A stretch of DNA of 64,000 nucleotides from Phycisphaeraceae bacterium (GTDB lineage: Bacteria; Planctomycetota; Phycisphaerae; Phycisphaerales; Phycisphaeraceae): positions 55,684-119,683 of the forward strand of contig JANQSF010000079.1 in the NCBI GenBank assembly GCA_028284155.1, in the 5' to 3' direction. The notes under the pieces were generated by a model, which saw only the letters and a program-made list of their open reading frames with translations, was not told the DNA's origin and searched no databases. The translations under genes were made by a program, and so were the position numbers. Shown piece by piece: positions 18,603-28,859 of the stretch. The first letter of the stretch is position 1, and every line of letters begins with the position of its first letter.

Positions 18603-19862
18603 TCAGCGCGTTGGGTTCTCGTACCAAACAACACCCAGGTTGTCGCGCTCCTCACACGTGATCACGTCGAGATCGCCGTCGCCGTCGAGGTCGACCAGTT
18701 CAATCAGGTCGTACTTGACACCCTTCGATCCGGCGATGTCGGTGTAGGTCTCTTTGGGAAAGAGCGTACACAGGAACAGACCCGACTTTTCACCGCTCGC
18801 CCCCTCACAACTGATGACCAAATCGCGTCGGCCGTCGCCGTTCATGTCGGCCGCACGCACCGCCTTGGCCGTGCCGAAACGGTCAGCCGGGTAGTCGCCG
18901 CCGACCTGTTCCCAGTCGTCGCCCTTGCCGACGTACCACAGCGCGTCATTGCGTTTGATCGCCGCGTGAACAAACCAGTAGCCCTCGAAGCGGTCAACCG
19001 AAAGGAACATGACCTCGCGGTCGGTCGCCCCGATGGTGTGCTGCTTCCACGGTTGTCCAGCGACGACGCCCTTCGCACCGGGCGAGGCCAGCCAATAGAT
19101 ACCACGCTGCGCGCCCTTGCGGTCGGAGAAGATCAGGTCGTTGTCGCCGTCGCCATCCACGTCGTGCGCGATCATCGACATGATCCACCCCGCATCGCGC
19201 AGCTTGTGGTAACTCCACGCCGACAGGTCGCGCGGGTTGGCGGGCGCTTCGAGCCAACCGATCGCGCCGTCACCGCCCTTCGACCCGACAATCAAGTCGA
19301 CGCCGTGCCTGCCGTCGACCTGTTGCGGGACGCAGAACATCCACATCTGTTTGCCGGCCGTCGCTGGGATCGGCTCGGTTTTCCATGCAGTTTCGTCGAG
19401 GTACTTGGCCTTGTCCTTGGGCGCCCAGTGGACATACATCGTGCGCGTTCGGCCTTCGCAACTCGAGACGACATCGACCGCGCCGTCGTTGTCGAGGTCG
19501 ACGAACACAGCGTCCTCAGCCGACTTGACCCGGCCAACGGTCACGCTCGGCCACGCCTTCTTCACGTTCCGGGGGCCGGGGTTGAGGTAGACGCGGATGA
19601 TGCCGCCTTCTTCCCAACCGGTGGCGATGTCGAGGTGGCCGTCGCCGTTGACGTCGGCCAAGCGGACGCCGTCGGCGCCGCGCGAGGTGTTGTCGATGGT
19701 GTGTCGTTTCCAGGGGGCGGCGTGTGCGGTTGAAGTGACGAAGAAGACGACCAGCGCTAAGCCGCAAGCGGCTCGGAAATAGGGTGGGCACTGCCCACCA
19801 CGGTCGTTCAAGGACTTCCGGTTGGTGGGCAGTGCCCACCCTACGCGCTGCCTAATCATCAT
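18603..19862 (-). CDS. FG-GAP/VCBS repeat protein (secreted)
   Basis: Repeated Ca-binding-like loops DVNGDGHLDIATG, DLDNDGAVDVV, DVDGDGDNDLI, DMNGDGRRDLV and DLDGDGDLDVI. Signal-like LALVVFFVTSTAHA. The first ~35 codons are built from palindromic repeats, so the true start is uncertain. Confidence 0.8.
   Translation of the reverse strand: MMIRQRVGWALPTNRKSLNDRGGQCPPYFRAACGLALVVFFVTSTAHAAPWKRHTIDNTSRGADGVRLADVNGDGHLDIATGWEEGGIIRVYLNPGPRNVKKAWPSVTVGRVKSAEDAVFVDLDNDGAVDVVSSCEGRTRTMYVHWAPKDKAKYLDETAWKTEPIPATAGKQMWMFCVPQQVDGRHGVDLIVGSKGGDGAIGWLEAPANPRDLSAWSYHKLRDAGWIMSMIAHDVDGDGDNDLIFSDRKGAQRGIYWLASPGAKGVVAGQPWKQHTIGATDREVMFLSVDRFEGYWFVHAAIKRNDALWYVGKGDDWEQVGGDYPADRFGTAKAVRAADMNGDGRRDLVISCEGASGEKSGLFLCTLFPKETYTDIAGSKGVKYDLIELVDLDGDGDLDVITCEERDNLGVVWYENPTR
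19781..19842. repeat. REP-like pair: 20-nt perfect inverted repeat, each arm self-palindromic
   Basis: AGGGTGGGCACTGCCCACCA at 19781-19800 and its exact reverse complement at 19823-19842, with a 22-nt spacer. A nearby palindrome AGCCGCAAGCGGCT at 19760-19773 recurs at about 27367-27380. Confidence 0.85.
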
Positions 19863-20853
19863 CGTCCTCCATCGTCGTCGGGTCCGGCCGATAGATGCGC
19901 GTGCCCAGCGCCCAGACCTTTTCGGTGAAGTGCCCCCCCGCCGCTTCCGACTTGGCCGACTCGCCCCGGCCGGCGGTGATGGCCATGTTCATCTTCGCGT
20001 CGAGGTTGTCGATCAGGCTGACGGCGATCGCCTCGGGCGTCGCGGGCAACTTGAGCGCGCCGAATTCGGGCTGACCGTGGTGCGAAATGATTATGTGCGT
20101 GAGCACGCGCAGGATCGGGGCTGGGATCGGCGTCCCCGCCGCTTCGCACGCGTCGGCCTTGGCCTGCAGCCAGATCGCGCCGCGGGCGATGTGACCCACA
20201 AGCTGACCGTCATCCGAATAGTTGAACCCGCGTTCCCATGTCAATTCCTGACACTTGCCCAGGTCGTGGATGAACAAGCCAAACGTCACGAGGTCGGCGT
20301 TGATCTTTGGATAAAGCGGGCAGACCACGGCCGCGAGGTGCATCAGATTGAGCGTGTGCTCCAGCAACCCGCCGATGTACGCGTGGTGCAGACTCATCGC
20401 GGCCGGCGCGCGTCGGAATCGGGCCATGAGGTCTTCATCATTCAAATAGGCGTCGGCCAACGCCTTGAGCGCGGGGTGTTTCAAGTAGCTCAACTCAGCC
20501 TTGAGTTCGACGAACATCTGATCGATGTCGCGGTCGGTCGTCGGCAGCAGGTCGGCCAAGTCGTCGTCAGTCGGCGTGACCGGCTCGATCTGCTGAATGA
20601 TGATCTGCACCTCGCCCTGGTACGGCTGCGTCTGCCCCGTCAATCGCACGAACCCGTCGGTCGGCAGGATGCTGAACAACTGTTCGGACGCGTTCCACAT
20701 GCGGCCCGGCGTCCTGCCGGAGCGGTCGCCGATCAGGCACTTGAGAAACGGCTTGCCCGCGCGGGTCTGGCCGAGTTGGCAGTTATGAATCGCAAACACA
20801 CCTTCGATGTATTGATTCGCTTCAAGATCACGGATGAGCGTGCGCGTGGGCAA
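19852..20853 (-). CDS. OB-fold plus HD-domain phosphohydrolase (YhaM-like 3'-5' exoribonuclease family)
   Basis: N-terminal OB-like segment (IEGVFAIHNCQLGQTRAGKPFLKCLIGDRSGRTPGRMWN), then the HD signature HHAYIGGLLEHTL ... FIHDLGK ... ISHHG. The only available start is TTG at 20853. Confidence 0.75.
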   Translation of the reverse strand: MPTRTLIRDLEANQYIEGVFAIHNCQLGQTRAGKPFLKCLIGDRSGRTPGRMWNASEQLFSILPTDGFVRLTGQTQPYQGEVQIIIQQIEPVTPTDDDLADLLPTTDRDIDQMFVELKAELSYLKHPALKALADAYLNDEDLMARFRRAPAAMSLHHAYIGGLLEHTLNLMHLAAVVCPLYPKINADLVTFGLFIHDLGKCQELTWERGFNYSDDGQLVGHIARGAIWLQAKADACEAAGTPIPAPILRVLTHIIISHHGQPEFGALKLPATPEAIAVSLIDNLDAKMNMAITAGRGESAKSEAAGGHFTEKVWALGTRIYRPDPTTMEDDDD

Positions 20854-20974
20854 CGGCGGGTCCTTTCAGTGGGATTGGGCCACCAGCGTAGGGCCCGCGG
20901 GCGGATGCCGCAACGAGGGACCGACAGGCAATGCTAAAGAGGACAACGCTGGTGGAGTCTTCAACACTTTGGCG

Positions 20975-21087
20975 GATGATTGACGAATGATGAATGACGA
21001 TTGTTGATTGTTGAAGTCGGATCGCGCCAATAGGGTGCGTGCTCTGAATTTGCCAATCGCAATTCAACAGTCATCAATCGTCAATTC
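20975..21087. repeat. AT-rich imperfect palindromic intergenic element, copy A
   Basis: Left arm GATTGACGAATGATGAATGACGATTGTTGATTGTTGAAGTCGGA, right arm ...CAATCGCAATTCAACAGTCATCAATCGTCAATTCC. Shares the 16-mers GATTGACGAATGATGA and TCATCAATCGTCAATT with copy B. Confidence 0.8.
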
Positions 21088-21304
21088 CGGTCTCCGTTAC
21101 CGGCGAATCGTCACTACGGCTACCACCCTCGATCGCCGCCTCGGGCAGGAGAATCGGAATCCCGTCGCGAATGGGGTATTTGATGTCCCGTTCCTCAGCC
21201 ACCAGGTATTCACCCTCGACGCGCAACCGGGACCGCGTGATCGGACAAACGAGCACGTCGAGCCAGCGCAGGTCGAACGCAGGTTGGTCGTCCTGAGTTT
21301 CCAT
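21074..21304 (-). CDS. Trm112/UPF0434 family small protein
   Basis: LDVLVCPITRSRLRVEGEYLVAEERDIKYPIRDGIPILLPEAAI matches the Trm112p-like (YcaR) pattern. 76 aa. Confidence 0.8.
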   Translation of the reverse strand: METQDDQPAFDLRWLDVLVCPITRSRLRVEGEYLVAEERDIKYPIRDGIPILLPEAAIEGGSRSDDSPVTETGIDD

Positions 21305-21342
21305 CGCGACAGTGTAGCGTGCGACAACGCCGCGTTAGACCT

Positions 21343-21380
21343 GGAAAAGAACACGCCCCGACCGCAAGGCCGGGGCGTGC
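21343..21380 (-). terminator. Intrinsic terminator after clpC
   Basis: Stem CACGCCCCG / CGGGGCGTG (21352-21379) around the loop region ACCGCAAGGC. On the minus strand it is followed by TTCTTTTCC. Confidence 0.55.
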
Positions 21381-21410
21381 ATTCGTGACGTCAATATCAG
21401 CCGGAATCGA

Positions 21411-23939
<2,529 letters not shown>

Positions 23940-24331
23940 GGGAACCTCATTCCGTTGGAGTTCTTGGTACAGCGTACTCGAAACGCGGTGGGATCCTTTG
24001 GGGCGCCAACGGTCGTTCCATCGGTCGCGGCGGGTTATCGGCTCGCAATCATAGACGTTGGTCCACGACGCGTAGTTCGCGCCGCGCGACCCCCTGTCCA
24101 AGGTGTGCACTTTTGATGCCAGCCGGGCAATTGCTGTGACATAAGGCCCTTATCGGTTCAGAACGCCCGCCGCTCGCCAACGAACGCCGTTCCTAAACGC
24201 AGATGGCGGCGTGCAACGGATGCACAACCTTGGCCGATCGTCTGCCAGTGTGGCGTAAACGCCACAGCGGTGTGCCAATAAACGGGCGATTCCACCTGTA
24301 ATTCGCCAGATCCACCAAAACGACTGTCGAT

Positions 24332-25450
24332 TCAGAAAAGCGCCATCTGGCCCGACCCATCCGTCCTGGGCGGCCGAAACGACTCACCGGAGAGCGACCC
24401 CCCGACGCGGTCGAGCTTGAATCGACGCTTGTAGAGTTTGAACATCTGCGCGATCTGCGTGGCGATCGCGCCTTGCCCGCGTTGTCGAATGCCCGGCCGA
24501 GCGTCGTACAACGCCCCGTCTCGCGTCTGCCGGATCAGGGAAAGCACATGCGACGCGCGGTCCGGAAAGTGACGTTCCAGCCAGTCGATGAACAACGCCT
24601 TGATCTGAAGCGGCAAACGCAAGAGCACATACGCGGCCCCCACCGCGCCGTGGTCGGCCGCCGCCTCCAGAACGGCCGGCATCTGCCGGTCGTTGATCCC
24701 CGGGATGATCGGCGCGAACATCACGGCCGTGCGGACACCTGCGTCGCTCAGTTTGCGGATCGTTCGCAGTCGCTCAGCCGGGCTTGAGGCACGCGGCTCC
24801 ATGATGCGCGACAGGTGCGGGTCGAGCGTGGTCACACTGACGCAGACCACGGTCGCATTGTGCGCCGCCAGTTCCGAGAGCAGGTCGAGGTCGCGTGCGA
24901 CCAGCCGATTCTTCGTAACGATCCCCACCGGCTGGCGGCATTCAGCCATCACCTCCAGACACCCGCGCGTGATGCGCAGTTTCGACTCGACGGGCTGATA
25001 ACAATCGGTCACCCCCGACAGCGCGATCGTCTCGCCCCGCCACTTCGGTGACGACAACTCATGCCGCAGAAGCCGCGGCGCGTCGAGCTTGGCGAACAGC
25101 TTCGTCTCGAAGTCCAAACCCGACGACAAGCCCAGGTACTCATGCCCCGGCCGGGCGTAGCAATACACACAGCCGTGCTCGCAACCGCGATACGGGTTGA
25201 TCGACCAGCGGAAAGAGATGTCGGGGCTGGCCTCAGGGTCGACGTAGTTGATCAGCGTGCGCGTGTGGTCGCGGTAGACGCGCGTCCTGACCTGCCGCTC
25301 GGTGTCGTGCTCGGCCAGCACTTCGTCAAGGTGTTCGCCGAGCACGTGCAGGCGGACCGGCTCGAACCGGTTGCCCGGGTTGATGCCCGCCCCACGGCCT
25401 TTGGCTCGGCCGTTGATCAGGGCGTCAGCGTGTTCGTAGTCACCAGGCAC
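24332..25450 (-). CDS. Radical SAM protein (PA0069-like family)
   Basis: CEHGCVYCYARP is a CxxxCxxC radical SAM cluster motif. Overall similarity to the PA0069-type family is from recollection. GTG start. Confidence 0.8.
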   Translation of the reverse strand: MPGDYEHADALINGRAKGRGAGINPGNRFEPVRLHVLGEHLDEVLAEHDTERQVRTRVYRDHTRTLINYVDPEASPDISFRWSINPYRGCEHGCVYCYARPGHEYLGLSSGLDFETKLFAKLDAPRLLRHELSSPKWRGETIALSGVTDCYQPVESKLRITRGCLEVMAECRQPVGIVTKNRLVARDLDLLSELAAHNATVVCVSVTTLDPHLSRIMEPRASSPAERLRTIRKLSDAGVRTAVMFAPIIPGINDRQMPAVLEAAADHGAVGAAYVLLRLPLQIKALFIDWLERHFPDRASHVLSLIRQTRDGALYDARPGIRQRGQGAIATQIAQMFKLYKRRFKLDRVGGSLSGESFRPPRTDGSGQMALF

Positions 25451-25492
25451 ATACCTAACATATACCGATCAATAGGGCCGGTCAAGCGCTGG

Positions 25493-27199
25493 CTATTTCA
25501 ACTGGTCACGCGACAACAGAATCTCATTGACCAGTTCCCCGTCGATTGACATCACCTGATAACGCACGGTCGGTATCTTGGCCGTCGTGTCGAAGGTGAC
25601 CAGCCCGAACGACTGTTTCTTGTTGTAACTGAAGATCGCCGTCTTCATCGTGCCGTGCACGTGCTGGTTGGTCAGGCGGGACGAGTTGAACTCGTACAGC
25701 GCGTAGCCGTTCTCGCGTTCGATCCGCCAGAGGTCGCTGCGGTGGCGGTCGGCCGACATGAGCACGACGCCTTCGACCTTGTTGTCGGACAGGTAGTCGA
25801 AAATCTCATTGCGCTCATCCTTAAAACCGTTCCACGTGTCGCGGCTGTCGCCCTTGGCGACGAACGTCCACGGCACTGGCGAGCAAAGCACCTTGAACGT
25901 GCCCTTGCTCTTGGCCAACGTTTCAAACAACCACTTTTTCTGCGCCGGGCCGAGCATGCTCGGGTTTTCGATGCGCGGGTCGGTGCGGTAGTACCGGCCG
26001 TCGAGCATGATGAAGTGAACATCGCCGATGTAGAAGTCGTGCCAGCAGCCCGGCTGATCGTCGCCGCCGCCGTAGTACGGGTTGACCCAGTTCTCGCGGT
26101 AGATCTCGTAAACACGACGCTTCCACACCGGCTGATCGATCTCCGGCCCGCCCCAACTGTCGTTGGTCGCGAAGTCGTGGTCGTCCCAGATCGTATAGAC
26201 CGGTGTCGACGAGACCAGCTTCCGCCACTCGGGGCGCGCGTACCGGCGGTAGTAGCAGTACCGCTGCATGTATTCGCTCTGCGGCAGGTCGATATAGACG
26301 TTGTCGCCGAGCAGGAACAAGGCGTCAGGCTTCTGCTTGTGGATCGTCGTCCAGACGTGCTCGTGTTGCGGAACAAACCCGGCGCCGCCGCCGAATGCGA
26401 GCGTGAACTTGTGGCCGCTGCCGGGGGCGGGGAGCGTGCTAAAAGTGCCGGTCTCAAGTTCTCGAACGTTCTTCAAGTCTCCACCCAACGGTTTCACCAA
26501 TGAATAGGTGTAGGTCGTGTTAGGCTTCAATCCGGTGAACTTGAAAACGCCGGTGAAATCACGGTCTTTCTTGATCTGAACGTCCACCGTGCGAGTTGGC
26601 GCGTCGGCATCACCCGCGCTGACCGATCCGCGCAGAACTGTTTCGGCCGAAGCACGCACCCAGATCGCGGCTTCGGTGTCGGTAACCTGCCCGAGCATCG
26701 GGCCGTTGACCAGTGTGTTCGTCGTTTGACCGGCAATACGGCGATACGCGTCGGACTCATGAATTGGTTTCAGCAAGTCGCGCGGCCCGGCAATGAAACG
26801 CGTCGGGTGCATCCCCAATTCGATCGCCTTCTTCATCGCCGCGACCGCCGCGTCGGTGTCACCCGTCTGCGCGAGCGCCACGGTCAGCATGAACTGCGTC
26901 TCCGGGTCTTCGGGCAGTTTCTCCGCCGCGCGGCCGAGGAACTCAACGGCCTGCTCAGCCTTGCCGTTCTCGATCATCTTCAGCGCGTCCTGGTGGATGC
27001 GCTTGAACTGACCGAGGTTGACCCGCTTGGGCTTCGGCTGCTTGGGTTTCGGTTTGTCGGGTTTGGCCGGCTTGACCTCGGGCTTGGCCGGCTGCGCTGG
27101 ATTCGGCGCAGGTTGCTTCGCGTCCTGCTGGGCGTGCGCGCATGAAATGACGCTCGACAGACTGAACAACAGGACAATCATTGAGTATCGGTACGACAT
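25493..27199 (-). CDS. PhoD-like alkaline phosphatase/metallophosphatase with N-terminal Pro/Lys-rich linker and TPR-like segment
   Basis: Signal peptide MSYRYSMIVLLFSLSSVISCAHA and linker PAKPEVKPAKPDKPKPKQPKPK. PhoD-type motifs FLLGDNVYID, IWDDHDF and LMSADRH. Confidence 0.85.
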   Translation of the reverse strand: MSYRYSMIVLLFSLSSVISCAHAQQDAKQPAPNPAQPAKPEVKPAKPDKPKPKQPKPKRVNLGQFKRIHQDALKMIENGKAEQAVEFLGRAAEKLPEDPETQFMLTVALAQTGDTDAAVAAMKKAIELGMHPTRFIAGPRDLLKPIHESDAYRRIAGQTTNTLVNGPMLGQVTDTEAAIWVRASAETVLRGSVSAGDADAPTRTVDVQIKKDRDFTGVFKFTGLKPNTTYTYSLVKPLGGDLKNVRELETGTFSTLPAPGSGHKFTLAFGGGAGFVPQHEHVWTTIHKQKPDALFLLGDNVYIDLPQSEYMQRYCYYRRYARPEWRKLVSSTPVYTIWDDHDFATNDSWGGPEIDQPVWKRRVYEIYRENWVNPYYGGGDDQPGCWHDFYIGDVHFIMLDGRYYRTDPRIENPSMLGPAQKKWLFETLAKSKGTFKVLCSPVPWTFVAKGDSRDTWNGFKDERNEIFDYLSDNKVEGVVLMSADRHRSDLWRIERENGYALYEFNSSRLTNQHVHGTMKTAIFSYNKKQSFGLVTFDTTAKIPTVRYQVMSIDGELVNEILLSRDQLK

Positions 27200-27398
27200 T
27201 GGGGGACTCCGGCAGTGGTGCGGGCGGCGATTGTAACCGATCGCAGCGGACATCCACGCCGTTCTCAAAGCGTGTGTGGGAATGCGGAGCGCGGTGCGAT
27301 AACGCGACACGGTGGGGACGTGTTTCTACGCTCGAATTGAGTTCGAGATTGACGTTGGGCCGCGCTAGGCCGCAAGCGGCTGCGGCCACTTCCGGGGG

Positions 27399-28817
27399 TC
27401 ATGCGAACATGTCGTACTTCACGTCGCCGTACACGTCGGTCAGGCGGAAGTCGCGACCCGCGTAGCGGTAGGTGAGGCGTTCGTGGTCGAGGCCAAGCGC
27501 GTGCAGGATCGTTGCGTGCAGGTCGTGTGTGTGGACCTTGTTCTCCGACGCGACCCAGCCGGTCTCGTCGGTCGCGCCGTAGCGGACGCCGCCCTTGATG
27601 CCGCCGCCGGCCATCCACATCGTGTAGCCGCGGTTGTTGTGGCGTCGGCCGTTGAAGTTGCTCTGCTCAGCCGGCGTTCGCCCAAACTCGCCGCCCCAAA
27701 CCAGCAGCGTGTCGTCCAGCATGCCGCGCGACTTCAGGTCGCCAATCAGCGCGGCGATCGGCTGATCGATCGACTGACAGAGCTGCGGGAAGCGTGTCTT
27801 CAGGCCGTTGTGCGTGTCCCATCCGCCTTGTGTGACCTCGATAAATCGCACGCCGCTCTCGGCCAATCGGCGGGCCATGAGGCATTGCGTGCCGAAGTTG
27901 CGCGTCGGGCCGTTGTTCAGGCCGTACATCTCGCGGATGTGCGTCGGCTCGCCGGAGATGTCCATGACTTCCGGCACGGCCTTCTGCATACGGAACGCCA
28001 ATTCGTACGACTCGATGACGCCCTCGATCTCCGTATCGACCTTGGCGCGGTTCAGCGCGTCCTGGTTCATCGCCTGGATCAGGTCGAGGTGGCGACGCTG
28101 CTCGCGCGCGGTCTTACCCGCGGCGTTGCGAATGTTGGCGATGGCCGAACCGCCGCTGGTGACACGCGTGCCCTGGAAGGCCGCCGGCAGGAAGGCCGCG
28201 CCGTAGTTCTGCGCGCCGCCGAGCCGTTGCAGCGGGTTGATCGTGATGAAACCGGGCAGGTCTTCATTCTCCGTGCCCAGGCCGTACACACTCCACGACC
28301 CGATCGACGGGCGGACAAAGTTGATCGAGCCGGTGTGCAGGAAGATCGTCGCCTGCGGGTGGGCCGGGTTCGACGTGTGCATGCCGTTGATCAGGCAGAG
28401 GTCGTCGGCGTGCTGAGCGAGGTACGGGAACCGGTCGCTGATCTCGATGCCCGAATGGCCTGACTTGTGGAACTTGAACGGCGACTTCATCAGCTTGCCG
28501 CTGAACTTGTTCTGGTTGTAGCTGAAACTGCGCGTCTGGCCGTGGTGCTTGGCCAACGCGGGCTTGTAGTCGAAAGAATCGACGTGCGTCGGCCCGCCCT
28601 GCATGAACATGAAGATCACCCGCTTGGCACGCGGTGTGAAGTGCGGCTGCTTGACGGCCAACGGGTGGGCTTCCGCCGCGGAGGCCACCGGCGTTGCGGG
28701 GCGGGCGATGGCGCGCGATCCCCACTGCGACGTCAGCCCGGCCAACGCGAGGTAACCGAAGCCCGCGCCGGACTTGAGCATGGCGCGTCGGGTGGGGTTG
28801 GTGCTTGGTGAGGTCAT
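27399..28817 (-). CDS. DUF1501 (sulfatase-fold) protein with Tat signal
   Basis: TRRAMLKSGAGFGYLALAG Tat-like signal. The body (GGWDTH, GGEFGRTP) is typical of planctomycete DUF1501 proteins. It is paired with an upstream PSD-family gene. Confidence 0.88.
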   Translation of the reverse strand: MTSPSTNPTRRAMLKSGAGFGYLALAGLTSQWGSRAIARPATPVASAAEAHPLAVKQPHFTPRAKRVIFMFMQGGPTHVDSFDYKPALAKHHGQTRSFSYNQNKFSGKLMKSPFKFHKSGHSGIEISDRFPYLAQHADDLCLINGMHTSNPAHPQATIFLHTGSINFVRPSIGSWSVYGLGTENEDLPGFITINPLQRLGGAQNYGAAFLPAAFQGTRVTSGGSAIANIRNAAGKTAREQRRHLDLIQAMNQDALNRAKVDTEIEGVIESYELAFRMQKAVPEVMDISGEPTHIREMYGLNNGPTRNFGTQCLMARRLAESGVRFIEVTQGGWDTHNGLKTRFPQLCQSIDQPIAALIGDLKSRGMLDDTLLVWGGEFGRTPAEQSNFNGRRHNNRGYTMWMAGGGIKGGVRYGATDETGWVASENKVHTHDLHATILHALGLDHERLTYRYAGRDFRLTDVYGDVKYDMFA

Positions 28818-28859
28818 CGTTGTATGTCCAATCTCAGGGTTCTTGATCTAACTGCGTCG

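Noticed and set aside
18147-19733. 528-aa plus-strand ORF spanning the P450 and FG-GAP loci
   Set aside because: It is antisense to two genes that have strong motif support (FGSGIHICLG; repeated DxDGDG loops). Its R/V/H/D/P-rich composition is typical of antisense frames in high-GC DNA, and it has no recognisable motif.
23940-24110. 57-codon N-terminal extension of clpC in the track ORF. Analogous extensions: asnS (51554-51727), the FHA gene (40785-41204), the M28 peptidase (35582-35983), ferredoxin (1466-1543), dehydrogenase (1714-1827).
   Set aside because: The conserved N-termini begin at internal ATG or GTG codons ([23 protein letters not shown], and so on). The extensions are R/W/P-rich and in several cases overlap neighbouring genes.
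24250-24265. Perfect hairpin GTGGCG-TAAA-CGCCAC downstream of the radical SAM gene, in the clpC upstream region
   Set aside because: No U-tract follows on the minus strand, so it is not convincing as an intrinsic terminator. No known heat-shock operator (CIRCE or CtsR box) was recognised nearby.
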